Positions 49,858 through 62,387 of a stretch of 64,000 nt of DNA are shown here, piece after piece. This DNA comes from Octopus bimaculoides. Taxonomy: Eukaryota. A model generated the notes under the pieces. The model saw nothing but the letters and a program-made list of their open reading frames with translations, searched no databases and had not been told where the DNA came from. The DNA lies in the NCBI RefSeq assembly GCF_001194135.2, contig NC_068981.1, positions 106,805,009 through 106,869,008 on the forward strand, in the 5' to 3' direction. The translations under genes and the position numbers were made by a program. Numbering within the stretch: the stretch's first letter is position 1; every line of letters starts with the position of its first letter.

Positions 49858-52333
49858 GTAATTCAGTCGATCTGTATGTTTCCCACAAAGTTGCATATAT
49901 GTATAGGGCAATAAATAGATTAATTTACATGTGTGTGTGTGTGTGTGTATGTGTGTGTGTGTGTGTGTGTTGTGAATGTAACTGCAGTCAGTTCTGATTG
50001 AGTAGATTCATGGTGTTAGCATTGTTGATTAACTGCTTGGGGCTAGCTGTAAATCCTACATTCTTGATATACCATTCTTTAGTCTGTTCTATAGCCCACA
50101 CAACACAAAAGTAAAGCAACAAACTGTTGGTTCTTGCAGAGTGCAATATGACTGTCAGAGTATGTTAACTTTCTTATTTGTATTTCTACATATGGCTGAA
50201 CATTGTGTTAGTAATAATCAACAATGATTGGTAAAAGAGAGTTCTGTTAATGAAATTAGTCTCAATATATTGCTGGTATTTGATGTCATCGGTCCCAGAG
50301 GAAAGCAAAGCAAACATATATTTGGTGATATTTGAGCTTAGAAATGTGAGTTAAACTAGTTTCATGAAAACATCCAGTTCAATATTTCTAATAATATACC
50401 TAATATTCTAGGCACATTTTTCCATTTATATATAATAAAAATATATAATCTTGAAAAGGAGGAAAGTATTTTTTAAAAAAAGGGGGAGTTTATTCCAAAG
50501 TGAATTCTTACTGTTAGAAAGCTTACTTTTATTGATTTTTCTTGGAGAATATCTTAGTAATAAATTGACAGAAACCCCACACTATTCAGAACAGGTTAAA
50601 TGGATTAGTAACTGACAGTGATGCTTATACATCTATTCTCTATCTAGCGAGATTGTCTTTTGAAAGAGAATATCTACAATTGGCTGGAACAACTGGAGAG
50701 AATTTGTTAGTATATTGTATCACTATAATGTTATCATAGTGCATGTATCAACAACATTTTGCCAAGTTAAAACTAGTAATATTGTTGCTACTCCTACTTC
50801 TGTCATCACAACTATTTCTGCTAATACTGTTTGTTGTTGCAATATGCACAATGAATTTTTTTCTTTTAATAAATTTTTCATATTATTTACCTCTGTTTAG
50901 AAGATATTGGATTGCTCAATTTTCTAGGCATTGAATTGTTAAGAGAGATGCTTTCTATGAGTAAAATATGCCAATTTGTCACATGCTTTACTCATAGGAA
51001 TATCACAACCCAATGAAGCATTTGGTAATTATGTAATGCTCCTGCTATTTGCAATGGTAAACTGTATCTACCATTGATATCTATTTACAACATAATTGCT
51101 CTGGGCTATTGACATACACCAGATACATATTTGTCATAAATTGTTTATTATGTTGCTTCCCTGTGCTAATTGTTTAGTTATGGCATGTAGGAACTGAATA
51201 ATCTAAAGCAAGCTGTATAATGCACCATTTTCTGGTATCATTATCAATGTGCTCATGCGATTTGAATTGGTCTTCATTACACTGTATTATTGCTCTATTT
51301 GACTGTCATTTTGTTTATGGAGCCCATCATCATAAGAGCCATAGTTACCACTTACTTTCTTTGCAACGAGTACTTTCTCCTGTTAGTTTCTATTCATATT
51401 TTCCAGACACTTAACCAAGTATTTTAAGTCTGAGCCTCTAAGACGTCCTGTTTAATTTATATTTCTATTTGCAAGCCAATTTGTTCATTCTCCTGATTGT
51501 GATTTATTGATAAAATTAAGCTTTACTTTGTTTTGTCTTTTTTTTTTATGATGTATGAAAATGCTAGTCACAAGGTTTATGAAGTAATATGTATTTGAGG
51601 TTCTTTAGAAGAATCGTATCCAAAATTAAATATCTAATATGACAACAGTTTTAAGGCCATTTTCTCTGCTGTAGTTGGGGTTAGCATTGCAGACTGTTCA
51701 AAAACTCAGATGCACTCAGTAAAATAAAATATGTAATAAAACAGGGGGAAGAAAATGAAACAATGAAATTAGCACACCTGTGGGCTAATCTCACCATATA
51801 AACTAACCAAAATGAATGGAGTAAATTTTGTAAAGGGAGTTGAATATTTCATTTCATTTGTCAAATCAACGTTTCTTACAATTCTTTTGTCATAGATTTA
51901 AAATAATCCATTGAATTTCATCTCTTCATGCTCTACTTCAATCTATGCCACCTGTAATAGGAAACAAATCCATTACTTTCATAGATACCTTTTTACACTC
52001 TGTGTGTGTGTGTGTGCATATATATATATATATATANNNNNNNNNNNNNNNNNNNNNNNNNNNNNNNNNNNNNNNNNNNNNNNNNNNNNNNNNNNNNNNN
52101 NNNNNNNNNNNNNNNNNNNNNNNNNNNNNNNNNNNNNNNNNNNNNNNNNNNNNNNNNNNNNNNNNNNNNNNNNNNNNNNNNNNNNNNNNNNNNNNNNNNN
52201 NNNNNNNNNNNNNNNNNNNNNNNNNNNNNNNNNNNNNNNNNNNNNNNNNNNNNNNNNNNNNNNNNNNNNNNNNNNNNNNNNNNNACGAAGAGCCAAAAGT
52301 TCGTGTGTGATGAGAGGAGACAGGATTGGAAAA

Positions 52334-52820
52334 ATGCGAGCATGAAAAGTTATATTCTTAAGATTATAAACATGGAAAAGTACAGGACAAGTTATTACAC
52401 CTGTAAAAGTATAGGACAAGCTATTACTTCTAGTAAAGTAAAAAATAAGAAACTTTTTACTTAAAATATTGTAGTAAAGAATGCCAGTTCTTCTAATTTA
52501 TCACTCTTTACAGTTCTCATCTTTTAAATCTATTGTACAAAACTGTTCAGCTAATTTGCAAGTTTGTCTGATTAGTTATTTTTTCTCTATTGAAGGTAGT
52601 AAATTAGCCAAATTCTACTTAAATAAGTGTTGTGTTATTTGTGAACTATAATAAAATGTTTCAATATTCAAATTTTTATTTTAGCTGCAATATTTTAAGT
52701 AAAAAGTTTCTTATTCTTTACTTTACTAGAAATAATAGCTATACTTTTACAGGTGTAATAACTTGTCCTGTACTTTTCCATGCTTATAATCATAAGAATA
52801 TTACTTTTCATGCTCACATG
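52334..52820. repeat. Long inverted repeat (foldback or long-TIR MITE)
   Basis: 52334-52474 is the near-perfect reverse complement of 52685-52820 (about 140 bp arms, about 210 bp spacer). No TSD could be fixed. Confidence 0.85.
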
Positions 52821-53239
52821 TAATCCATGATTTTTCCAGGCATTGCTGTTAAAAGATAATTATTAATGTGTCAATTAATAATTTAAGATTTTTCCTTATA
52901 AACTACTGAAAGATATTTCAATTTTTCCATGTAAGTGATAATATTTCAATTTTTTTTCGTGTTTAATTCAAATATATGTTGTGATTGAATTATTTTGTAT
53001 TACCCTTCCACACCAAATAAATCCCAGGGATTTTTACCATGTTGTTGGTTGCACCATGGTTCACCAAAAGTTACAAACAATAAGACCCTAAAGCCATCAC
53101 ATCAGTTACCAGGCTCACATTAAGTAACCTAATTTTGCAATATTAGGAGGTCACAGGAATACATTCAATGAAAAAAAAAAGAATTTCCTATGATTCCGGG
53201 ATGGTGGTGGGAGGACCTCATTTTTTCTGAACTAAAATA

Positions 53240-53960
53240 AGAGATTTGCAGCATATTAGGAGGTCAGGGTACTTGATTCCACAATTTGGTAATAAAATGC
53301 AGACGGATGGCTGGATGAATTCTCTGAACTTTCAGAACAAGAGAAAAGGAGACATTGATGATTCTTTGGAGGACATACATCCTCAGCCACTTGGACTACT
53401 GCTCCCAATTATGGTCACCACACACTATAAAATCTATGGCAGAATTCAAAGCAATCCAGTGAAGTTACACTAAGAAAATTGTCTCTATCCTACAGGGAGA
53501 GACTGAAAGAATTAAAACTTTTCTCCCTAGAACGAAGGTGGGAAAAATAGGCAGTGATATATATCTGGAAAATCCTAGAAGGCCTTGTACCAAACTTTGG
53601 TATTGAAAGTTACTCAAACTGCAGAACGGGGCACCACTGCTTAGTGCCAAAGATCCCAGCATCACCGGGACCAGATACTGCAACAGCTTGGGCTTCAAAG
53701 GCCCACAACTCTTCAATATCCTTCCAAAATACCTGAGAGACCTGCATGATGTGGATATGTCTTTGAAACAAAACTGAATCTCATTCTCTCAAGGCTTACA
53801 GACAAGCCTACCTCACAGCAGGAAACGCAGATGAGGGCAGCAGCATCAAACTCCCTCATTGACTAAATGCCACATATCAGAGGAGGCTTCAAATATTGGT
53901 GTAGTGCAGCCCAGCATAACCACAGCTTTGAAGCTGAAATATTTTTAAAGATTTAAAGTT
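53240..53960 (+). mobile_element. 3' fragment of a CR1-clade LINE
   Basis: Across frameshifts: RRMAG.ILRTF.TRE..TLMILWRTYILSHLDYCSQLWSPH, YRERLKELKLFSLERR, IYIWKILEGLVPN, GPQLFNILP..LRDL. This is the post-RT C-terminus of CR1-type ORF2, ending at (TA)n/(CA)n. Confidence 0.85.
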
Positions 53961-53962
<2 letters not shown>

Positions 53963-54040
<78 letters not shown>

Positions 54041-54100
54041 TATATACATGTACATACACACACACACACACACACATGCATACATACATACACATACATA
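53963..54100. repeat. (TA)n/(CA)n compound microsatellite
   Basis: Direct reading. Confidence 0.95.
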
Positions 54101-56633
54101 ACAATCTGTCTTGCTGAGATGTTACTCATACTCTATGACAATTATATTCCAATATGAAAATGGGAGGTCTTGATCTAATGGAATCAATATTAATCTAGTT
54201 TATTTATTTCGTTTTTATTTCTATTTATATTTTTTTATTTGGCCTTTTTCTATCCTTAAGCACATGATGCTAAGTTTCTCTGTGTAATTTTATCTCTAGT
54301 TTGTCAGAGTAGGTAATAACTGTTGATATTACTTTGAATATATTTATTAGCTATTATTGATCATGTCTGTTTATATACTTACATACTAAATCTAGATATA
54401 GAAATAAGTTTATACGTTTTAGATCATGTGATACTTTCTTGTAAATTTCCTACACTATTATTCTTTATATTATCTGTTCAGTAAGCAACATTTCCTTTGT
54501 GAGGTCTCTAGGCAGGATTGAAGCCAAATGGACATAACATAAACATTCAATCTTTAAATTGACATGAATTATTTAGCTTTTTTTTCTTTTTAATCAAAAG
54601 GATATATCTGAGCATCTCTTATATATATATTTTGCCAAATCTGATATATAAAAAAAATATTTATTAGTTTGTGTCCTCTTTCTCTGTCCCATGGAAAGTT
54701 GACTTGAAAGTATAGTTTTGTCACAAAGTATTTATCGATATTGCAATAATGAAGCAAAGCCTAGAGCTTATGGTATGATCTGTCTTGACAGAAAATGTCT
54801 TCATTGTGTTGGTGGTGACTTAAGAGGAGAGGATGGTGTGGGGACAGGAAAGACTTAAATAATCATCTGAGATGTGACAGTGACAGTGTAAGGTGCTTCC
54901 AGAGGTGAGATGATGTAGGTATGTATGATCCACACTGTTCTCTGGTTGTTATCAGACTTAGGGAGGAGAGCAGAGAAACAATTTGTGAACTAGATAAGGA
55001 AGAAGAGGCTATTTATCATAGATGTGGTAGAAATATGAGAATGACCAAAGCTGAGGGCAGAAAACAAATCATTTGAAAGTAGTAAAATAAAATAGTTGCT
55101 ATGTGGTTGGAGTAACTACATCTACATCTGTTTTGTTGTGGTGGGCCTCATGGATTACAGAAAATGTTCTAGAGTGTGGGCCAAAAGAACCTGGCCATTT
55201 GGTAGTAGCCACAAAGGTGCTCTATACCAATGAAAGGCATGATGCCGTGACAAACTGCTGAAATCATTATGATGCCCCGTCCATAGCTGATGAACAGAAT
55301 GTCCTGCAGTTTAAACTGTATGTAAAATATAGCATTGTTAACAAGAAATTGAATTTCTCTCATACGTGTAATTAAAATGAATCTCTTAAGCCAGTAAAAG
55401 AGACTTTACGCAAACATTTGACACAGAAGAAATGCCAACCAAAACTCTTCAAATTATATCCTACTCTATTAAGAAAATATCATAAAAGGTAGATTGGATA
55501 TTACTATCCAAAATGCACTACACTAAAAAACAGAAAGAAGGGATAGTTTGATTGGAAGCCCTTTGGTCATAAGTCTGCTTTATAAAAACTAACCACCTGG
55601 TGCTAAAAAACATTAATCTTTTGAGAGTGCTGCTTAAAGTTTAAACTGCTAGCTCCAATCAGTTTTGCTTCTATGTCCCCCATGTTAGTTATTATTAGTT
55701 TAATAGATTTGCTGGGTTTTGTTTCATTCCCCCCCCCCCTGATTTTTGGTAGTTCTTTAGGACCGAAGACCAGTTTTCTTTTTGAATTTTATATTTTCTC
55801 TCTGAACTAGCCACCATCAGCCAGCTTAAAGCATTGTCTCATGTTGTTTGTTATCATTACATATCTAAATCAATGCAATAATTTTACATGCTAGTACTGT
55901 TCAGTGTCTTTGATATCTGCTTGCTTTACTCAACCCATACCAGTGTATTGTCTTGTAAATTCACATTTACAACCACCTGATCATACTAATGTCCTCATTT
56001 TCTAGATTTTATGTCTTTTATATTCGTTATCTACATTTCATTGCCATACAAACATTATACATTATACATGTGTTGTAAACAAGTAAATCTTGTATGATGA
56101 GAAAATTCTCTTGTTATTCAGAAAAAAACATCAATTTTCATCCTAGTACTTGAAACTTCTGTTAAATAATGTGTTTATGTGATGTTAGTGTATTTTAAGA
56201 TGATTCAATTTATGGTATATTTCTTGGTCTTTTCAAACCTTTGATTCAAACAGATCATTACTGAGTAATTTGATATTTCTACAAATAATGACTGAAAATT
56301 TTCAAACATACTATCATGGTGTCTTCTTTGATTTGATCTAATGTTTCATGATTCTGTAAATCAACATTACTGCTTCTTTCTGTTTATTTAATTTCCTTCT
56401 AAAGTTTAACTTCCCTCTGTTTTTTGTGCTTTTTTTTTTACCATACTAATTTTTTTCCCTTAGATTTTTACAAAACAAGTTTCTGCAGCTGTGCTGGGAA
56501 AATTGGATTGTTAATTTTTAAGAATATACTGAACTATTTCAGATTTATAGATCATTCTCATTACATTCTTTCTGCACCTATTACTATCAATTAATATCAT
56601 ATAGTATGTATTGCCATCATAGGTAAAGGTCTG

Positions 56634-56719
56634 AACTTTCAAGAATTAAATGACCTCTAGAACCTGACTGAAAGGCAACTTTCAGGAATTAAATGGCCTC
56701 TAGAACTTCACTGAAAGGC
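56634..56719. repeat. 43-bp tandem duplication (2 copies)
   Basis: AACTTTCAAGAATTAAATGACCTCTAGAACCTGACTGAAAGGC followed by AACTTTCAGGAATTAAATGGCCTCTAGAACTTCACTGAAAGGC. Confidence 0.9.
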
Positions 56720-56959
56720 AAAATCGACCATGGTAGGATTTGAACTCACAAAGTAAAGAGTCAGAACAAATACAGCTAGACATTTCGTCCATCTAACAAT
56801 TTTGCCATGCCATGTAATATTATTGTCATATGCTACAATAAGACCACACATTTTGAGGGAAGCTTAATTAAATCAATGCAGCATTTGGTGTTCATTTTAC
56901 TAAGCACTAAACAACAATATGCAAAGTTGACTTTGACAGAATTTCAACTCAGTACTTAA

Positions 56960-57953
56960 CCCTTTCATTACTATATTTCTGACCAAAATACACCCCTCAT
57001 ACGTTTCAATTAAATTCTAAAATAATCATGAATTTAGACTAGTCTCATTAAACACCTGTAACTTTTTTATTTATCAACATATTAATGTGATATTTGGAGC
57101 ATAATTAAAGAAAGGGTTCTTAATCAATTCTATTGCATAATTTTTGTCTCAAAGTTCTCCACGTACTGAGGTACTGCTAGTGTCTCTCACATGTAAATAT
57201 TGGTTCAGCTTCACAAATCGTACTCGTTCATAATACTGGAAACATATTCATCGCCAAAAGGTTCCTGATTGCTCCAGTAATTTGTTATTCTGGGTAACTG
57301 TCTAATACCCATAATAATATTTNNNNNNNNNNNNNNNNNNNNNNNNNNNNNNNNNNNNNNNNNNNNNNNNNNNNNNNNNNNNNTGGAAAAAATAAGAAAA
57401 AGAAGTCTAAAGGTTTCGCTTCCTGAGAAAGACTATGGGTAGACCCTGTCTCCTCAGAAAAATTGTTAATAAAAATATTTTTAAAATCTTTACTCCATTC
57501 TGGTGTAAAATCATCCTCACTGTCACCGTCGCTGCTTTCAGTTTCAGGTACAGAAATATCCGATTCATTATTGTTCACCACGTGCTTTTGTAGCTCATTC
57601 ATTCTGTTCTTCGATATCTCCATATCTTCTGTTGAAAAACCTTCAAATTTGGAATCACTGCTTGATAGCATGAAACTCCTCTCCATCTTCAAAGTTGAAA
57701 AAAATTAACGCCGCAAAAAATGTGGAAAAAAATCTTACAAAATTCACTGAGTTCAAATATGCCAAACAATGTTGGATACAATAACTCAACTGTTTGCAAA
57801 GTGAAATCACATATTTTAACGAATGTACTAATGAGATTTGGGTCCAAATATACATTTAAATAACAATGGGTACTCTCAGCCGGCTACGGCGGAATTGGTC
57901 TTATGAACCAAAAAATTTTTCAGCCAGCTATGGCCGGGTTAGTAACGAAAGGG
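56960..57953 (-). mobile_element. Internally deleted piggyBac transposon
   Basis: TTAA|CCCTTTCATTACTA ... TAGTAACGAAAGGG|TTAA (14-bp TIR, TTAA TSD). The minus strand has an acidic N-terminus followed by KPLDFFFLFF and, past the gap, MGIRQLPRITNYWS...SIM..VRFVKLNQYLH, which are piggyBac N-terminal motifs. The catalytic DDD region is absent. Confidence 0.9.
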
Positions 57954-58074
57954 TTAAGGCTTTGTCAGTGAATATCATCAGACATTTTGTTTGATGCTCC
58001 AAGGCCTCAAAGTTATCATTTAACAGATTAGGAAAAGTAGCCAAATCTTTTCAAACCATGCCTTGCTACTTTAA

Positions 58075-58286
58075 CCCTTTAGCATTTAAATCAACCATAT
58101 CCAGCCAAAATATTTTACCTGTTTTATGTTCAAACTGACCAGGTCCAACATCTCACACCTACCTTACAGTGTCTTCTTAAAAATAAACAATCACAATCTC
58201 AAAGCTATGAGATAATGCATATCTAGTTGAAAACAATGTGAATAAATACACATCACATTTGATAGAGTAATCTGAATGGTAAAGGG
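58075..58286 (+). mobile_element. piggyBac-type MITE copy
   Basis: TTAA|CCCTTTAGCATT ... AATGGTAAAGGG|TTAA. Confidence 0.85.
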
Positions 58287-59009
58287 TTAAGAAGGAAGTA
58301 AATATTAGATAAAATAATCTGAGATACAATACATCTGGAAACAGTAGAATTGTCATAGTCTACTTAGTTGGTGCCAGCTTGAAGCTAAACAACAGCAACA
58401 TTATGCCATACCACCTTGTTGTACTAGCATTGTATATTACCATTATAGCAAAAAGTATAGTCCAAAGAAATTACAATAGTAAAAAGTAATACAAATAGTT
58501 CAGAGTGGAATGAATTTTGAAACATAACAAAGATGTCTAATTTTTCTGACACATGTCAGAAAGAAAGATAAAATAAAGGTCATAATGCAAGATGCAAAAT
58601 CTGAATAAGAGGTGAAGAAACAATGAAGTGTAGATGTCAAGAGAGTTGGGGTGGGTGAAAAGCTAGCATTTGTTGGTGTGAGTTGTATGGGAGGAGGTTT
58701 GAGTGATATGGAAAGAAGTAAGGTGTTCAGAGGAGTGGTCAAGTCAGTAGGTAGGAGAAACAAAGAATGGTGAGGCAATAATGTTAAGGGTCAAAAGACA
58801 AAGTGGAGTATAAATGCAATAACAAGATCAGCTCTAGTGAGGCAGAGGGAGTGAGAATGTGTTGGCAGTTGTGGTCAGAACTGTAGATTAATAAAAGAGA
58901 GAAAAGTGTTAGTCAGCAGTTTGGGGGCTGAACTCTTAGGAGGCAAAAAGTGTAGTAGTCCATGTTGAGAAGTAGTGTAGAGGGAGAGGTTTGATGATAA
59001 AACTAGAGC

Positions 59010-60157
59010 AGGTGCAAATCAACAAATACTGACAGCACTGCTAAATGTATGCACATACAACAAAGCAGTGTCGTACAACAAACGTAGTGTCGTAATAATG
59101 GCGAAAAGTAAAGAACTCACAAATTCAGTGAAAAACTTAATTATTGAACAGTGGAAAGCAGGTAAAAGTTACAGGAAAATATCAGAGACCCTTTGTATTC
59201 CATTTTCTACCATATCTTCATTTATTCAAAAATATAAAAAATCGGGAACTGTTGAAAACAGAATAAGATCTGGTGCACCACGCAAGATTTCCCCTAGATA
59301 TTTAAGAAAAATGAACTGAATTATCGAAAAAAACGCAATGATCACCAGAAACGAGTTGCAAGAAGCTTTGTTAGCTTCAGGGACTAGTGTTACACTATGA
59401 ACAATCAGTAATGAACTTGATAGGAATGAACTGAAGTCATGCTCTTCCAGAAAAACTCTGCTGTTGACTAAAAGGCATAGAGATGCCCGTTTAAAATTTG
59501 TTCATGAAAAATGAAGATAAATCTGATACATTCTGGGAAAATGTTCTTTGGACAGACAAGTCGAAAATTGAATTGTTTGGACGAAATTCACGTAGCCATG
59601 TTTGGAGGAAAGATGGTACCACCTTTTCGCCGAAAAACACAATTCCTACTGTAAAGTTTGGAGGTGGCAACATCATTGTGTAGGGGTGTTTCTCTGCAAA
59701 TGGCATTGGCAATTTACATGTGATAGATGGGATAGAATGAATGCAGAGATGTACCAAAATATTTCGAACAGTAATTTATGGGACTCTAGAAAAGTTCCAG
59801 CTTTGTGAAGGATGGGTTNNNNNNNNNNATGGGAAAAAATTCCTAAAGAAACATGCGAGTCATTGATTAAGAACTACAAGAAGAGATTGGTTGAAGTGGA
59901 ACTGAATAATGGTTATGCTACGAAGTATTAAATCAGAATTATCAGTTATTTATGTTCTGTAGGAATACTTTTTTCATCCCTGAATATTTATATTTCTATA
60001 TAAATTCATTAGTTACTATAATTTATTAGTTTCTTTTGCATATTCTTAGTTTATGTATGTGTATGCAAATATAGTATTGGTATATCCCATTTATGTTCAT
60101 TAGAAATTAAATATATAAAGAATTTTGACATGTATGAATGTTTATTTCCTCCCACTG
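59010..60157 (+). mobile_element. Tc1-family transposon, left TIR missing, decayed transposase (about 59098-59931)
   Basis: MAKSKELT...KSYRKIS..GTVENRIRSGAPRKIS (paired-like HTH), VLWTDKSKIELFG, TVKFGGGNIIV.GCFS and KRLVEVELNNGYATKY*. Right end ATTTCCTCCCACTG|TA. The second and third catalytic residues fall in or around the N gap, so D-E spacing cannot be counted. Confidence 0.88.
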
Positions 60158-60454
60158 TATATACACATGTTTATGTGTATGTATATTTAGATATATGTAT
60201 ATTGATTTATTTGATTAACTAATTTAAATAGATATACTCTTAGTAATTAAGCAGAAACATCTGTCGGAAAATTATTTATATGGATAATTAAATAAAGGAT
60301 TATTATATCTGTTTTCATTGTCTACCTTATTACATTTTCTCAGGACCTACTATCTTAAATATTTTAACTAGAATTAATGCTGTGTGGTCAGAACCAAATT
60401 TGAGACTGAACTGATATCTAACTGGACTTAGCTCCCTACTTTGTTATATATATG

Positions 60455-60665
60455 TCTGTGTATGTGTGTCTGTCTGTCTGTCTTCATGCCCCCACCATCA
60501 CTTGACAACTGATGTTGCTGTGTTTACATCTCTGTAACTTAACCGTTTGGCAAAACACTCTGATAGAATAAGTTCTAGGCTTACAAAGAATAAATCCTGG
60601 GGTCGATTTCTTCCATCAAAGGTGATGCTCCAGCATGTCTACAGTCACATGACTGAAATAAGGAA
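60455..60665 (+). mobile_element. SINE family B, 3' half
   Basis: CACTTGACAACTGATGTTGCTGTGTTTAC...GATAGAATAAGTTCTAGGCTTACAAAGAATAAATCCTGGGGTCGAT...GACTGAAA. Confidence 0.8.
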
Positions 60666-60792
60666 AACAATAAAAAAACTGCCATTTTAATCCGAGCAAC
60701 ACGCGTGTATCTCTGCCAGTTTTAAATTGGAAAGAGAAACAAAACATGCATGCACACATACATACATATTGATGCTCATGTAAAGACAGACG

Positions 60793-60823
<31 letters not shown>

Positions 60824-61214
60824 GCATGTAACAGCTTAGGAAAGGTTCATTAATTCTTGTGAAGAGAATGCTTTGGGTCAAGATAAAGTTTTTCTCTGTA
60901 CTTCTTGGTGAGAGTTGATCTGAGATGAGGGAATGACCAGGTGAATAATACATCTAATATTTTTTTGAGATTGCAAATAGAATAGAAGCATTTAAAGGTA
61001 TCAGAATGGAAGCTACAGAAGGAAAAGAAGTTTCTCACTAAGCGGTTACATAAGCCTTTATCCCTGTTTGATGGAGATGAAAGGAAGATTAGGAAAGACA
61101 GTGATCTGTAAGGGGGTGAGAAGTAAAGAAAGAAAGCTGCAAAGGATGCTTTATTGAAGATGCTTACCATTATATATAAGCATCATTTATTACCAGTATA
61201 TGTTACCATTAGTC

Positions 61215-61555
61215 AAGGCACATGGCTCAGTGGTTAGAGCATTGGGCTCACAATCATACGCTAGTGAGTTCAATTCCATGACCATGCTGTGTGTTGTGTT
61301 CTTGAGCAAGTCACTTTATTTCATGTTACTCCAGTTCACTCAACTGTAGAAATGAGTTACAACATCACCGGTGCCAAGATGATGCAACCATTGCCTTTCC
61401 CTTGGATAACATTGCTGGTGTGGAGAGGAGGAGGCTGGTATGCATGGGCAGCTGCTGGTCTTCCTTAAACAACTTTGCCTGTTTGTGCCTCAGTGGGTAA
61501 CTTTCTAGGTGCACTCTAATGGTCATTTATGACCAAAGGGGGTCTTTACCCTTTC
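61215..61555 (+). mobile_element. tRNA-derived CORE-like SINE (family D), near full length
   Basis: tRNA-like head (GGCTCAGTGGTTAGAGCATTGGGCTCACAATC...GAGTTCAATTCC) followed by TTGAGCAAGTCACTTTATTTC...CTGTAGAAATGAG, which resembles the CORE domain. Confidence 0.7.
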
Positions 61556-62172
61556 TGTTACCATCGCATTGTTATCATGTAATACCATTATGTAGTGTCA
61601 GCTAATAATTTCATTACTGCCATATTATCATTGTGTATTACTGTACTGTATTACCAATTTGTATTTTCATCATGTAATACTACAAATATGATGTTATCAT
61701 CATGCATTATTATCACATATTAGCATCATGTTTTATATCTATATCTTGCCAATATACCTCACCTCCATTATGAATGACCACCATATATTAGTCACGTCTC
61801 ACTGTTTTTGTTTTAATATCATAACTATTACCAGATAAAGTACTGGTTATATCGTGAACTACATATATCGCTTATGTTTGTATAGAAAGTAATCTTTTTT
61901 TATATTAACATGCCAGTAGTTTTATGTTTCTGATGTCTATTTCTATCATCCTCCCATTCTTTATTGCAATAAATTCCGTTTTTCAAAACACTTCAACAGA
62001 TGAGATATTCAGTGTGGAAAAAAAAAAAGCATCAGGATTCATATTTCTTTAGTACTATGTATTTTAAATTAAATTACTTCAATATTACTTCTTAGATGTA
62101 ACATCTTCAGATTTTTCATGCTTTGAAAATCCAAGGTCTCTCTCTCTCTCTCTCTCTCTCTCTGGGATTTAA

Positions 62173-62387
62173 CTCCATAGCGTTCAGATTACTCTGTCAA
62201 ATGAAATATTCATTCACATTGTTTTATTTAATCATACATTGTCTTGTAGCAATGAGATTTCAATGATGTGATTGTTTATTTTTAGAATGACATTGTAGGA
62301 TAGGTGTGAGAGGCTAGATCTGGCCAGTTTGAACATAAAACAGGTAGAATATTTGGGCCTGATATGACCAATTTAAATGTTAGAGAG
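62173..62387 (-). mobile_element. piggyBac-type MITE copy (degenerate ends)
   Basis: TTAA|CTCCATAGCGTT ... AATGTTAGAGAG|TTCA. Body is the reverse of the 58075 copy. Confidence 0.7.

Noticed and set aside
56634-56719. Direct repeats as a possible CRISPR-like array
   Set aside because: Only two adjacent units with no spacers, in a eukaryotic context; a simple tandem duplication.
61215-61290. tRNA-like sequences (also heads of SINE families A and B)
   Set aside because: They continue into SINE bodies and lack a complete cloverleaf, so they are not tRNA genes.
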